DNA of 64,000 nucleotides from Gammaproteobacteria bacterium (GCA_965243565.1 OZ251571.1:321523-385522); one strand, 5' to 3'. Shown: positions 37,790-48,760, numbered from the stretch's first letter. Numbers and translations are program-made. The notes: generated from the letters alone by a model not told the origin.

Positions 37790-38734
37790 GTGCAGTGTAT
37801 CATGATATCTAAAAAAAATCAATATATCTATGAAAAAGCTTTAATAATCTTTTTCTCTCTTACTGCTGTTTTGGCGATACTGGTTACCATCGGTATCGTC
37901 GCTTCTGTCTTGTTTGAATCGATTCGTTTTTTTGAACATATTAATTGGATTGATTTTTTAACGGGTTTGCATTGGAGTCCGCAAATTTCTATTCGTGAAG
38001 ACCAAGTCGGTGCCAGCGGTTCCTTTGGTTTTATTCCGCTATTAACGGGAACATTGTTAATCAGTTTTATTGCAATGATAGTGGCGGTGCCGTTGGGCTT
38101 ATTTTCGGCCATTTATCTTGCTGAATTTTCTTCTCGGCGTATGCGTAATTGGGTAAAGCCTATTTTAGAAATGCTGGCAGGTATTCCTACCATTGTCTAT
38201 GGTTTTTTTGCTATTACGGTGATATCGCCCTATATTACTAGTTTTTTTACCGGTTTGGGTTTTGAAGTGAACGGCGGCGAAAATGCATTGGGAGCAGGAC
38301 TCGTCATGGGAATTTTATTAGTGCCTTATATTTCATCTCTATCTGAAGATGCTTTTCATGCATTGCCTAATACGTTGCGTGAGGGTGCGCTTGGTTTGGG
38401 AGCCACCCGCTACGAAATGATCAAAGACGTTACTATCCCGGCGGCATTACCCGGCATTAGTTCGGGTATTTTATTGGCTTTTTCACGAGCGATAGGCGAA
38501 ACCATGATTGTTGTTATGGCAGCTGGTATCAGCGCTAATTTAACAGCAAACCCACTGCAGTCGGTGACAACCATTACAGTACAAATTGTTACCTTGTTAA
38601 CTGGTGACCAAGAATTTGATGATCCAAAAACGTTGGCTGCTTTTGCTTTGGGCTTGGTACTTTTTGTGATTACGTTGCTATTTAATTTAATCGCTTTGGC
38701 GCTTGTTAGAAAATATCGAGAGCGTTATGAATAA
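37790..38734 (+). CDS. pstC: Phosphate ABC transporter permease PstC.
   Basis: Polytopic permease with an EAA-like loop 'SRAIGETMIVVMAAG'. Positioned after pstS. Confidence 0.9.
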   Translation: MQCIMISKKNQYIYEKALIIFFSLTAVLAILVTIGIVASVLFESIRFFEHINWIDFLTGLHWSPQISIREDQVGASGSFGFIPLLTGTLLISFIAMIVAVPLGLFSAIYLAEFSSRRMRNWVKPILEMLAGIPTIVYGFFAITVISPYITSFFTGLGFEVNGGENALGAGLVMGILLVPYISSLSEDAFHALPNTLREGALGLGATRYEMIKDVTIPAALPGISSGILLAFSRAIGETMIVVMAAGISANLTANPLQSVTTITVQIVTLLTGDQEFDDPKTLAAFALGLVLFVITLLFNLIALALVRKYRERYE

Positions 38735-39965
38735 AAAATTGTTACATCGTCGTCATCGTCGTGAACGGCATTTTATAATTGCCAGTATCATCACATTATT
38801 AATCATCTTGTTCTTTTTATTATTACTCATTACCACTTTGGTTAATCAAGGATGGCGGGCATTGCTCAGTGCTTCTGTTCAATTAGACATTACAATGGAC
38901 AGTGCTGTTATTGGAAAACAAGGGGAGGAATCGGCATTGCGTTATCAGCGTCTAATTAGAAGTGCGTTACTCGAACGTTTTCCAGAAGCCAATACTCGCA
39001 AAGATAAAAAAGCATTATACAAATTGATGTCTTTTTCAGCCTCGATTGATTTACGCAATAGTGTACAAACAAACCCTGAGCTCATTGACAATCGGATAAC
39101 GGTTTGGTTGCGGGCTTCATCTATTGCTTCTCGTTATTTAAAAGGCAGTACGGATTCATCGCTTCCTGAAAAACAACGAGATATTAGCAATAAGCAAATT
39201 GATTGGCTTGATACATTGAAAAAAAACGCTGCGACACAGCTTAATTTTAACAGTGCTTTTTTTGTAAACTCTGATTCGCGGGATGCTGAATCAGCCGGAA
39301 TCAGTGTGGCATTAATCGGATCATTTTATTCCTTGTTATTAGCGTTTATTTTTTCCTTTCCGATTGCGGTTATCAGTGCAATTTATCTGGAAATTTTTGC
39401 GCCTAAAAACCGTTGGTTTGATTTTATTGAAATCAATATCAATAATCTGGCAGCAGTGCCCTCTATTGTGTTTGGTTTGTTGGGTTTGTCAATTTTTATT
39501 AATTTCTTTGGCTTGCCACGGTCTTCTCCATTGGTTGGTGGGTTGGTGTTATCGCTCATGACATTGCCAACCATGATCATCACATCAAGAGCCGCGTTAC
39601 AAGCGGTACCTCCGTCGTATATGTCTGCTGCTTTGTCGATGGGAGCGACCAAAATGCAAGCCGTTTTTCACCATGTTGTGCCATCAGCAATGCCGGGTAT
39701 ATTAACAGGTACAATTATAGGTATGGCTGGCACATTGGGTGAAACCGCCCCTTTATTAATGATTGGAATGGTGGCTTTTATCACTGAAATGCCCAGTGGT
39801 GTAACCGACGCTGCTACGGCATTACCAGTACAGATATTTTTATGGGCGGATAGCCCTGAGCGTGGTTTTGTCGAAAAAACAGCAGCGGCTATTCTTGTCC
39901 TGTTATTTTTCTTAATAACCATGAACGCATTGGCGATTTACTTGAGACGAAAATTTGAAAAATGA
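38703..39965 (+). CDS. pstA: Phosphate ABC transporter permease PstA, long form.
   Basis: Permease with a large periplasmic loop. '[17 protein letters not shown]' EAA motif. Confidence 0.9.
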   Translation: MLENIESVMNKKLLHRRHRRERHFIIASIITLLIILFFLLLLITTLVNQGWRALLSASVQLDITMDSAVIGKQGEESALRYQRLIRSALLERFPEANTRKDKKALYKLMSFSASIDLRNSVQTNPELIDNRITVWLRASSIASRYLKGSTDSSLPEKQRDISNKQIDWLDTLKKNAATQLNFNSAFFVNSDSRDAESAGISVALIGSFYSLLLAFIFSFPIAVISAIYLEIFAPKNRWFDFIEININNLAAVPSIVFGLLGLSIFINFFGLPRSSPLVGGLVLSLMTLPTMIITSRAALQAVPPSYMSAALSMGATKMQAVFHHVVPSAMPGILTGTIIGMAGTLGETAPLLMIGMVAFITEMPSGVTDAATALPVQIFLWADSPERGFVEKTAAAILVLLFFLITMNALAIYLRRKFEK

Positions 39966-40735
39966 ACAATACTGTAGCACCTGCCTTTTTAATTAAGAAC
40001 CTTAATGCCTATTATGGCGATTTTCATGCCGTTAAAAATATTAATGTTACTATAGAGCGTAAAAAAATAACAGCTTTAATTGGTCCATCTGGTTGTGGAA
40101 AATCCACTTTCTTGCGGTGCTTAAATCGAATGAACGATATTATTCCTGAGTGTACCATGACGGGTGAGATTTTATACAATGGACAGACCGATATATTGCA
40201 TGCTTCTTGTAATGTGGTCGATTTGCGTACTCGGGTGGGGATGATATTTCAAAAACCAAACCCGTTCCCCAAGAGTATTTTTGACAATGTGGCTTATGGT
40301 CCGCGTATTCATGGCATGGTTAAAACCCAACAAGAGACAGAAGAGTGTGTCGAAAAAGCACTCCGCAATGCCAGTTTGTGGGACGAAGTGAAAGACAAAC
40401 TTAAAAGTGCAGGCACTCAACTGTCGGGCGGACAGCAACAACGCTTATGTATTGCCCGTGCCATTGCTTGTAATCCAGAGATTATATTAATGGATGAACC
40501 TTGTTCGGCATTAGATCCTATTGCCACTGGTAGAATCGAAGAATTAATGTTTCGATTAAGAGAAGATTACACGATTATTATCGTCACGCACTCTATGCAA
40601 CAAGCGGCACGGACATCGCAATACACCGCATTTTTTCATTTGGGAGAGATTTTTGAATTTGATGAAACCACCAAACTCTTTAAAAATCCCACACATGCCA
40701 AAACCGAAGCCTATATATCTGGGCGTTATGGATAG
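39962..40735 (+). CDS. pstB: Phosphate ABC transporter ATP-binding protein.
   Basis: Walker A 'GPSGCGKST', ABC signature 'LSGGQQQRL', Walker B 'ILMDEP'. Confidence 0.95.
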   Translation: MNNTVAPAFLIKNLNAYYGDFHAVKNINVTIERKKITALIGPSGCGKSTFLRCLNRMNDIIPECTMTGEILYNGQTDILHASCNVVDLRTRVGMIFQKPNPFPKSIFDNVAYGPRIHGMVKTQQETEECVEKALRNASLWDEVKDKLKSAGTQLSGGQQQRLCIARAIACNPEIILMDEPCSALDPIATGRIEELMFRLREDYTIIIVTHSMQQAARTSQYTAFFHLGEIFEFDETTKLFKNPTHAKTEAYISGRYG

Positions 40736-40772
40736 GATAAAATAAGTAATATGATACCATGAGGACAAGTAA

Positions 40773-41453
40773 ATGACAGAGATAGTACACATCAATCCCG
40801 CTTTTGACATTGCGTTACAAAAAATGGATGGACTGTTGGTGCAAATGGAAAAAACGCTACAAGATCAGCTGATACTCTCGCATCAAGCGTTTACTGAAAT
40901 GAGTGTTAAACTGTCAAAACAAGTTCGGGAAAACGATGTAGAACTTAATAAATTACAACGTCAAGTTGATGAATCGATTATTGATATTTTTGCTCGTTAT
41001 CACCCTGTGGCAGAAGACTTACGCCACGTAATCGGTGCGCTTAAAATGTCCATCGAATACGAACGTGTAGGTGATTACATTAAAAATTTAGCAAAAAGTG
41101 TTTCTCGTATGGCCGCTTATGATGATCATTTGGAAATTGCACCGGTATTGGTTACGATGCTAGAAGTGGTGACCAAACATTTCAACAAATTCTGTGAATA
41201 TCGTTTGCAAGGGGACATGGATAAAGCGCAAAAACTATGGATAAAAGATCAAAATATTGACGACCTTTGCCATGATGCGGTTAAAAAAGCCTTTGCTTTT
41301 CAAAAAAGTGGCAGTGGCAACGAACATAGTTTAATCCATGCTGTCTCAGTGGCTAAAAATCTGGAACGAATAGGCGATAAAATTAAAAACCTAATCGAAA
41401 TTTTATACAATATTAAAACAGGTGAAGATTTAGATATTGATATTGATCTATAA
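40773..41453 (+). CDS. phoU: Phosphate-specific transport system accessory protein PhoU.
   Basis: Two PhoU repeats with 'ERVGDYIKNLA' and 'ERIGDKIKNL' motifs. Confidence 0.9.
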   Translation: MTEIVHINPAFDIALQKMDGLLVQMEKTLQDQLILSHQAFTEMSVKLSKQVRENDVELNKLQRQVDESIIDIFARYHPVAEDLRHVIGALKMSIEYERVGDYIKNLAKSVSRMAAYDDHLEIAPVLVTMLEVVTKHFNKFCEYRLQGDMDKAQKLWIKDQNIDDLCHDAVKKAFAFQKSGSGNEHSLIHAVSVAKNLERIGDKIKNLIEILYNIKTGEDLDIDIDL

Positions 41454-41506
41454 TATCCTGTATGGTGTTGTGCATTATGTCGAAGCAACCAACGGCTATA
41501 TCGACG

Positions 41507-42268
41507 CTAAACCAGCCGAACTTCTATCCCTTCATTGTGTAGATACGATTTAACCTCGCCTATACTATGTATGTTGTCATGAAAAATACTAGCAGCCAAT
41601 GCGGCATCGGCTTTGCCTTCAACTAAGGCATCGGCAAGATGAGATGGGTGTCCCGCACCCCCACTGGCAATCACAGGGACTTTGGCAACGGTGGCAACAA
41701 TTTGTAACAGTGGTATATTGTAACCTGCTTGCACGCCGTCAGTATCCATGCTTGTTAACAGTATCTCGCCAATGCCTAAATCTTGTGCTTGTCTAACCCA
41801 TTCGCATACTTCAAGCCCTGTTCTGGTGCGTCCGCCATGGGTTACGACTTCCCAATGATTTTCTTTTTTACGGGCATCAATGGCAAGTACAACGCATTGT
41901 GCGCCAAAGTGGTTGGCACACTCTTTGAGTATAGAAGGATTGGCAGTGGCAGCGGTATTAAAGCTGACTTTATCTGCACCTGACCGAAGCAAGCGTTCCA
42001 TGTCTTCTAGGCTTCTGACACCGCCACCGACGGTAAGCGGAATAGCAATACTTTGTGCTACTTTTTCAACAGTCTCTAAAAAAATGCCACGATTTTCAAC
42101 GCTGGCGGTAATATCTAAAAAAACGAGTTCGTCTGCGTTATCTCTATCATAACGCGCTGCAATTTCAGCAGGATCGCCTGAATCACGAATATTGACAAAA
42201 TTAACTCCCTTCACCACACGCCCGTTATGAATGTCCAGACAAGGAATAATGCGTTTTGCTAGACCCAT
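41507..42268 (-). CDS. hisF: Imidazole glycerol phosphate synthase cyclase subunit.
   Basis: 'KRIIPCLDIHNGRVVKG' and 'VFLDI' HisF motifs. No other his genes are adjacent. Confidence 0.85.
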   Translation of the reverse strand: MGLAKRIIPCLDIHNGRVVKGVNFVNIRDSGDPAEIAARYDRDNADELVFLDITASVENRGIFLETVEKVAQSIAIPLTVGGGVRSLEDMERLLRSGADKVSFNTAATANPSILKECANHFGAQCVVLAIDARKKENHWEVVTHGGRTRTGLEVCEWVRQAQDLGIGEILLTSMDTDGVQAGYNIPLLQIVATVAKVPVIASGGAGHPSHLADALVEGKADAALAASIFHDNIHSIGEVKSYLHNEGIEVRLV

Positions 42269-43366
42269 TTAATCGGGTGATTGAGGGTAGGAGCCTAATA
42301 ATTTAAAAAATCGAGCATTATTTTTAATTTTTTTAAGCGATTTTTTTAAGTTGGAATCATCCTGATGACCTTCTACATCGATATAAAAAAAGTACTCCCA
42401 TACCGTATTAGGTGCTGGACGGGATTCGAGTTTGGTCATATTAATATTGTGTTCTGCCAAAGGGGTGAGTAGTTTATTCATCGACCCCGCTTCGTGAAAT
42501 GAAGCCACAATAAATGAGGTCTTATCTTTGCCAGTAGGTTGGGGATGGCGATTGCCTAAGATTAAAAAACGAGTACAATTATTATTGCTGTCTTCAATGC
42601 CCTTAGCCAATGATGTTAATTGATAGTGATTGGCCGCCATTGAAGAACCAATTGCAGCCCATTTTTCTTTTTTCTCTTTAATCATTTTGGCAGCGGCAGC
42701 GGTGCTGGTGGTGGCGATTAAATCGGCATTGGGCAGATGCTTTGTTAGCCAATGACGACATTGCTCCAAAGGCTGCGGATGGGCATAAACAGCTGTTATT
42801 TTAGACAGAGGGGTGTTAGCCAATTTGGCATTGGCTAACAAATGATGATGAATACGCAAAGTGCTTTCGCCGTTGATGATGAGGGGTGTTTTACTCAGTT
42901 GGTCAAGTGATTCGCCGATAGTGCCGGCAGAGGAGTTTTCAAATGGAACCACCGCAAAATCTACCAGATTAGATTCTGCTTGTTCAATCGCCTTGGTAAT
43001 TGATGTTTGTGCATTGTACTGTGCTGCGGTGCCAAAAATTTTTAACGCCATCTCGTGGCTGAAAGTTGCATTGGGGCCAAGAAAAGAAATTTTGGTAGGG
43101 CGTTCAAAAGCAATGCAAGTGGAGATAATTTCACGATAGATAGGTGCAATACAATCGGAAAGTAAAGGTTTTTTATCTTGTAATCGTCGAATAATTTCAA
43201 CTTCTCGTTCTAAAATAGCATATGTCTCAATATTGAGTTTGCGTTTTATTTCGCCGACCTTAGTGGTAATCTTAATACGTTTTTCGAGGAGATCAATAAT
43301 TTTATCGTCAAGTGCATTGATTTTCTCTCGATACGGTTGTAAATGTTTGACCAGTTCGTCAGACAT
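42269..43366 (-). CDS. pheA: Bifunctional chorismate mutase / prephenate dehydratase.
   Basis: N-terminal CM domain, PDT domain, and an ACT domain with 'TKLESRPA'. Confidence 0.9.
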   Translation of the reverse strand: MSDELVKHLQPYREKINALDDKIIDLLEKRIKITTKVGEIKRKLNIETYAILEREVEIIRRLQDKKPLLSDCIAPIYREIISTCIAFERPTKISFLGPNATFSHEMALKIFGTAAQYNAQTSITKAIEQAESNLVDFAVVPFENSSAGTIGESLDQLSKTPLIINGESTLRIHHHLLANAKLANTPLSKITAVYAHPQPLEQCRHWLTKHLPNADLIATTSTAAAAKMIKEKKEKWAAIGSSMAANHYQLTSLAKGIEDSNNNCTRFLILGNRHPQPTGKDKTSFIVASFHEAGSMNKLLTPLAEHNINMTKLESRPAPNTVWEYFFYIDVEGHQDDSNLKKSLKKIKNNARFFKLLGSYPQSPD

Positions 43367-43368
43367 AA

Positions 43369-44613
43369 TTAGTGTGCTACTGCTGCGGCTGCGGCTTCGT
43401 CCACCAAATCACCATTAACAAATCGTTGTAATGAGAAGGGAGCGGCTAATTTGCCTGGTGCTCCTTTGATTAAGGTTTCGGCAAAGGCGTCACCACTGCC
43501 GGGGGTGGCTTTAAAACCACCGGTTCCCCAACCGCAATTAAAAAATAAATTACCAACAGGGGTTGCCGATAAAATTGGCGAACGATCAGGGGTAATATCA
43601 ACAATGCCACCCCACTGGCGTAATACTTTTAGACGCGATAAAATAGGATAGAGCTCGATGAGTGGAGCAATAACGTGTTCGATTTGATCAAAACTACCGC
43701 GTTGGGCATAAGAGTTATATGGATCAGAACCACCGCCTGTAACAAATTCACCTTTGTCTGATTGACTAATATAAGCATGAACGGTGTTAGACATAATAAC
43801 GCAGTTGAGAACAGGTTTAACTGGCTCAGAAACAAAGGCTTGCAAAGGCACTGTTTCAATCGGTAAGCGAAAACCTGCCATATCGGCGAGTACACCGGCA
43901 TGTCCTGCAGGAACAACGCCAACATTTTTCTTTGCCTGAATAATTCCGCGAGTGGTTTTTACGCCGGTGACTTTGTTGTCTTTAATATCAAACCCTGTGA
44001 CTTCACAGTTTTCAATGATGTCAATCCCTAATCTATCTGCTGCGCGTGCAAAGCCCCACGCAACTGCATCGTGCCGTGCTATGCCGCCTCGCTTTTGTAA
44101 TAATGCTCCTAAAACGGGATAACGACCATTTAAATTAATAAAAGGGACGCATTCTTTAACTTGCAGTGGTGTTAATAATTCAGCATCGATGCCATGAATA
44201 AAATTTGAACTGCCACGTCGGCTTATCTCACGTAAATCAGATACAGTGTGCGCAAGGTGCAACAAGCCACGCGGTGAAAACATCACGTTAAAATTGAGTT
44301 GAGAAGACAAGGTTTCCCACAAAGTAACCGAATGGTTATACAGTGCCGCTGAGGCAGGCATTAAATAATTGGAACGTATGATGGTGGTATTGCGGGCGGT
44401 ATTGCCCCCCCCGATCCAGCCTTTTTCGACGACGGCAATATTTTTGGCACCATAATTTTTTGCCATGTAATAGGCAGTTGCCAGACCATGACCACCACCA
44501 CCGACAATAATGTGATTGTAGGCAGGTTTAGGAGACGCTTTTCGCCATGCAGGCTCCCATGATTGATGGTAGTTGACCGCGTTTTTAAAAAGTTCTAGAA
44601 TTGAATAATCCAT
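43369..44613 (-). CDS. FAD-dependent oxidoreductase of the sarcosine oxidase beta-subunit (SoxB) family.
   Basis: 'IIVGGGGHGLATAYYMAK...VVEKGWIGGGNTARNTTIIRSNY' closely matches the SoxB N-terminal dinucleotide-binding region. 414 aa. Confidence 0.7.
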   Translation of the reverse strand: MDYSILELFKNAVNYHQSWEPAWRKASPKPAYNHIIVGGGGHGLATAYYMAKNYGAKNIAVVEKGWIGGGNTARNTTIIRSNYLMPASAALYNHSVTLWETLSSQLNFNVMFSPRGLLHLAHTVSDLREISRRGSSNFIHGIDAELLTPLQVKECVPFINLNGRYPVLGALLQKRGGIARHDAVAWGFARAADRLGIDIIENCEVTGFDIKDNKVTGVKTTRGIIQAKKNVGVVPAGHAGVLADMAGFRLPIETVPLQAFVSEPVKPVLNCVIMSNTVHAYISQSDKGEFVTGGGSDPYNSYAQRGSFDQIEHVIAPLIELYPILSRLKVLRQWGGIVDITPDRSPILSATPVGNLFFNCGWGTGGFKATPGSGDAFAETLIKGAPGKLAAPFSLQRFVNGDLVDEAAAAAVAH

Positions 44614-44631
44614 AAGCCGTATTTTACCTTT

Positions 44632-44895
44632 TCATTTGCCACAATTCTTTTCTTGGTCCAGTTTATTTTTCTTTTGTAAGAGGGTCTCTTGGTCTTCAAT
44701 ATGATTTTCATCTTTTGGGATACAATCAACAGGGCATCGAAGTGCGCATTGAGGTTCGTTAAAATGCCCGACACATTCGGTACAACGGTCGGGATCGATG
44801 TGATAGTATTCGTCTCCCATGTAGATTGCCTGATTGGGACAAACTGGTTCACAGACATCGCAGTTAATACAGTCTTCTGTAATGATGAGTGCCAT
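44632..44895 (-). CDS. 4Fe-4S ferredoxin, YfhL-like.
   Basis: Two Cys clusters 'CINCDVCEPVCP' and 'CTECVGHFNEPQCALRCP'. Confidence 0.8.
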   Translation of the reverse strand: MALIITEDCINCDVCEPVCPNQAIYMGDEYYHIDPDRCTECVGHFNEPQCALRCPVDCIPKDENHIEDQETLLQKKNKLDQEKNCGK

Positions 44896-45374
44896 TATTT
44901 TAGATTGAGTTTAGTTTGTAGTTTTTGTGCTACCATCGGTGACACCAATTCTGAGACATCACCTCCTAAAATGGCAACCTCACGAACAATAGATGAAGAT
45001 AGAAAAATGTAATCACGATCGGGAAGAAAAAAAACAGTTTCTATCTGCTTGTTTAACACATGATTAATATCCGCAATTTGTGATTCAAATTCAAAATCAG
45101 AAATTGCACGTATGCCTCGTACGATGATATTGCTTTGTTGTTCTGCCATAAATTGTACCAATAATCCATTAAAAGGATGAACATGGATAGCACTGTCATC
45201 TGCAAATGCCGATATGGTGAGTTCCAAACGTTCTTCCAGAGTAAAAAATGGCGATTTATGTACCCCTGCGGCGACCCCGATGACAATTTCATCAAAAACA
45301 GAGGCAATACGACGGATTAACGCTTCGTGACCAAGAGTAATGGGATCAAATGTGCCGGGGAATACAATTCGCAT
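44895..45374 (-). CDS. coaD: Phosphopantetheine adenylyltransferase.
   Basis: 'MRIVFPGTFDPITLGHEALIRR' HxGH nucleotidyltransferase motif. 159 aa. Confidence 0.9.
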   Translation of the reverse strand: MRIVFPGTFDPITLGHEALIRRIASVFDEIVIGVAAGVHKSPFFTLEERLELTISAFADDSAIHVHPFNGLLVQFMAEQQSNIIVRGIRAISDFEFESQIADINHVLNKQIETVFFLPDRDYIFLSSSIVREVAILGGDVSELVSPMVAQKLQTKLNLK

Positions 45375-45399
45375 ATTAGTTTATATTATACTTTTTATT

Positions 45400-45948
45400 T
45401 TATAGTATTGGGTTTAAAAGTTGCCAATGGACATTGCCAATTTTTCGTTGGCGTATGCAGTTCCATTTATCGGTTAAGGTAAAAAAACGATTACTCTCGC
45501 AATAAATCTGCGTGTTTTCTGTGCAGAATGGTGCAACATTAACAAGCAAGGTATGCCATGCTTCGTTGTTATCATAATCATCAAAAGGTGGGTCAAGAAA
45601 TATTATATCAAAGCATTGAGTATTATTTTTTAGAAACTCTTTTGCTGAAGAAACAAAAACAGTAGCAGGACATCGCCATTTATCGGTCAATGATTTTAAA
45701 TTTGTTGCCAACTGGCGGTTTTTTTCAACAAAGACGACTTGCCTAGCGCCTCTTGAAATAGCTGATAGTCCCAAAGCACCAGTTCCCGCAAATAAATCAA
45801 GACAAGTGGATTCATGTAGTTGTTGTCCCAAGCAGCTGAATAATGATTCTCTTACCCGTCCACCGCTGGGGCGTAATAAAGTGGCGGGAAAGTTAATTTT
45901 TTTGCCATTATAAACGCCACCAATAATTCTTAGTGAGACAGAAGGCAT
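45400..45948 (-). CDS. rsmD: 16S rRNA (guanine966-N2)-methyltransferase.
   Basis: 'LDLFAGTGALGLSAISRGA' SAM motif and 'FLDPPF' motif IV. 182 aa. Confidence 0.85.
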   Translation of the reverse strand: MPSVSLRIIGGVYNGKKINFPATLLRPSGGRVRESLFSCLGQQLHESTCLDLFAGTGALGLSAISRGARQVVFVEKNRQLATNLKSLTDKWRCPATVFVSSAKEFLKNNTQCFDIIFLDPPFDDYDNNEAWHTLLVNVAPFCTENTQIYCESNRFFTLTDKWNCIRQRKIGNVHWQLLNPIL

Positions 45949-45962
45949 AAAAGAGTAAGGTA

Positions 45963-46829
45963 TTATTGTAGGATAATTCTTGCTTCTTCAGCAGCAGCAG
46001 AATTAGGGTAGATAGACAGCAGTTGAGCGAGTTTTTTATACCCATCTGCTGAATTATTTAATCCTAGTAATGCTTTGGAATTGATAAGATAGGCTTCAGA
46101 TGCCAATACTTCATTAGTGTTATATTGCTGAACCACTATCTCTGAAAACTCAATAACAGCATCAAAGTCATTAAGTAAAAGGTGGGATTTGGCTAACCCA
46201 AGTAGGGCATTACCTTTGAACTCTCCTTCGGGGTAGTCTTTAAGCAATAAATTAAAGGCATTAATCGCACTACTAATATTTTGATTGTTATAGTAATCAA
46301 TAGCAGTCGAATAGAGCAATGCTTCGTCTTGACCTTCTCTTTTTGTCAGTAGCTGTTCTATTTTTACAAAGCGTTCTTCAATGCCGACAAAGTGGTTGTT
46401 TGTGAAATCAATCTGTCCTTGTATTATGTTTAGCTGCCCTTGCTCTACGTAATCGACTGTTGGAGTTGAGTTGATATTGTTTTCTAGTTCTTCAATAACA
46501 CCAGAAAGTGAACGAACTTGCTGCTCGATTTTTTGGTATTTTTGAGTGAAAGTTCCCAATTGCTTGGCAATATTCACCCTTGCTGAATCCAATTTTTTAT
46601 TTTCGGTTTCTAATTTTTTATTTTCGGTTTCTAATTCAAGAATTTTTTTATTTAAATCACGTACTATTTCTGTGATTTTTTTAATTGCATTGGTGTTTTC
46701 AATTGCCCTTCGTTCGGTTTGTTCGTCTCCGAATAATTTAATCTGTGCGTGAGCATTAAACTGAACAGACAGTAGTACAACAGTTAATGTAACTAACTTA
46801 AAACGCAGCGAAGTCACTGCTGTACCCAA
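45963..46829 (-). CDS. cpoB: Cell division coordinator CpoB (YbgF), with a coiled-coil region and TPR repeats.
   Basis: Signal peptide, heptad repeats 'LETENKKLETENKK', C-terminal TPR region. Downstream of pal. Confidence 0.8.
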   Translation of the reverse strand: MGTAVTSLRFKLVTLTVVLLSVQFNAHAQIKLFGDEQTERRAIENTNAIKKITEIVRDLNKKILELETENKKLETENKKLDSARVNIAKQLGTFTQKYQKIEQQVRSLSGVIEELENNINSTPTVDYVEQGQLNIIQGQIDFTNNHFVGIEERFVKIEQLLTKREGQDEALLYSTAIDYYNNQNISSAINAFNLLLKDYPEGEFKGNALLGLAKSHLLLNDFDAVIEFSEIVVQQYNTNEVLASEAYLINSKALLGLNNSADGYKKLAQLLSIYPNSAAAEEARIILQ

Positions 46830-46839
46830 ATCAGATTAA

Positions 46840-47421
46840 TTATTCGTCGGTATAACGAATTTCAACACGACGATTCAAACGCCATGCTGCGTCGTTATCA
46901 CCTAAGGCAGCGGGACTTTCTTCTCCAAAAGAGAGGGATTCGAGCTGATCGCTTGAAACACCGAGAGATAACATCATATCACGAACGGCGTCTGCACGAC
47001 GTTGCCCCAATGCTAAGTTGTATTCATTGCTTCCGCGAGAGTCAGCATGCCCACCTAAAACAATGCCTTTGCTGGAATTGTTGTTGAGGAAGTCGGCGTG
47101 AGCAGAGATAACAGGAATAGATTCATCTCTAATGAGAGATTTATTGTATTCAAAGTAAAGCACTCGCTCTTGTAAAAGCGAAGTTGCTGTTCTTTCATCG
47201 TTTGCTGGCGATGGATTCGCCTTAAAGGAGGGATCTTTTGGGATAACTGAACCTGTAGAGGTTATGTCTTCAACGGCAACACTATCACCATAGGCAACAG
47301 CATCGTCTTTAATGTCACCTGACATTGAGCCTGGAGTTTCACCTGCTTCCATAATACTTTGGCAACCAGATAATAAAACACCACCAGATACAAGGATAGC
47401 AATCAATAAAGGATTTTTCAT
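46840..47421 (-). CDS. pal: Peptidoglycan-associated lipoprotein Pal.
   Basis: Lipobox 'LSGC'. OmpA-like domain 'RVLYFEYNKS...GHADSRGSNEYNLALGQRRA'. Confidence 0.9.
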   Translation of the reverse strand: MKNPLLIAILVSGGVLLSGCQSIMEAGETPGSMSGDIKDDAVAYGDSVAVEDITSTGSVIPKDPSFKANPSPANDERTATSLLQERVLYFEYNKSLIRDESIPVISAHADFLNNNSSKGIVLGGHADSRGSNEYNLALGQRRADAVRDMMLSLGVSSDQLESLSFGEESPAALGDNDAAWRLNRRVEIRYTDE

Positions 47422-47453
47422 TTAAATTTCCTTTCTTTTTTCTTTTTAAAAAA

Positions 47454-48755
47454 TTAAAACCAATCTGACCTTACCGGGCTCCAAGCAGGATTAAGAATAT
47501 TACCTGTTTCTGGTAAGTCCCAGTAAAGCATAACTTTACCATTAATAGAGACAGTTGCCAAATATTTTTTTCGGGTCTCGTCATGAAAGATAACCATATC
47601 ATCGTTGGGCGAAAAACTAGGTGATGCAGCTTGTCTAATACTCGTTAAAAATTCTTCTTGGCCACTGGCGATGTCAAGTTGAGTGATGTTTTCGCCGTTG
47701 TCATTGCGAGAAACAAAAACAATTTTGTTGTTGTCATAGGAATAATCCGCATCAACATTGTAACGACTGTTAAATGTTAGTCGGCGATTTTGTTTGGTGT
47801 TTAGATTGTATTGGTAGATTTGTGGGGTGCCTGCTTCGTCTGAAGTGTAAGCGATAAAAGTACCGTCTTTAGAAAAAACAGGCTCGGTGTTAATGGCGTT
47901 GACTTCGCGCATACGAACTTTGCGATTGTCTGTAATAAGATAAATTTGTTGTTGACCACCATGCTCGGTGAGTGCCGCAGCGATTGTTTGTTTATCGGGA
48001 GAAATAGCAGGAGCACTATTACTGCCTTTGTAATTGGCAACAATACTGCGATCGCCAGTGATTAATGATTGTCGATAAACAATGGGTTTGTTTTGTTCGA
48101 ATGACACATACAACAATCCGTTACCATCTGGTGTCCATGCAGGAGAAATAAGATTGTCGCCACTGTTTAAAATGGAGATTCGATTGTTTCCATCATAATC
48201 GGCTACTTTTAGTTCGTTGGTTCCGTCTTTGTGTCTCAATACATAAGCGACTTTGGTATGAAAGACCCCAGGCTTGCCAATAACCTCTTCATAAATCCAA
48301 TTGGCGATATTATGAGCAGCTGTGCGTTGGCTATCGGTGTCAAAATCGATGCTGTAGGATCCTATTGTAGCGTGGGTAATGGTATCGGTTAAATTAAATT
48401 GAATAATGTGAGTGGTATTGTCTTTTATTTCGATTTTTCCAGATAAAAGATACTCGCCACCGCGTTGGGTAATGGCATCGAATTTTTGCTTGTTATTAGG
48501 CTCCCACACCTTGCTATGGGTGCGAAAATGACCACTGGTTTTTAGGTCACGCGCGATAATTTCAGAAGGAAAATTGGACAGTAGTCTTTCTTCGCCTTTA
48601 AAATTTTCGATATAAATATTGATAGGTTCCCAATTGCCACTTGTAGCAACAATGTCAACGCTGTGTGCAGGGGATAGTAATAATGCAAATAGCGTAATAT
48701 AGTATAAAAACTGCTTGCGTAACATAGGTAAACGAATGCTTAAACAAAAATACAT
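47454..48755 (-). CDS. tolB: Tol-Pal system beta-propeller protein TolB.
   Basis: Signal peptide and the TolB N-domain. Repeated 'SP.WSPDG'-like beta-propeller motifs ('ISPAWTPDG', 'APAISPDKQ', 'NPAWSP'). Confidence 0.9.
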   Translation of the reverse strand: MYFCLSIRLPMLRKQFLYYITLFALLLSPAHSVDIVATSGNWEPINIYIENFKGEERLLSNFPSEIIARDLKTSGHFRTHSKVWEPNNKQKFDAITQRGGEYLLSGKIEIKDNTTHIIQFNLTDTITHATIGSYSIDFDTDSQRTAAHNIANWIYEEVIGKPGVFHTKVAYVLRHKDGTNELKVADYDGNNRISILNSGDNLISPAWTPDGNGLLYVSFEQNKPIVYRQSLITGDRSIVANYKGSNSAPAISPDKQTIAAALTEHGGQQQIYLITDNRKVRMREVNAINTEPVFSKDGTFIAYTSDEAGTPQIYQYNLNTKQNRRLTFNSRYNVDADYSYDNNKIVFVSRNDNGENITQLDIASGQEEFLTSIRQAASPSFSPNDDMVIFHDETRKKYLATVSINGKVMLYWDLPETGNILNPAWSPVRSDWF

Positions 48756-48760
48756 AGGCT

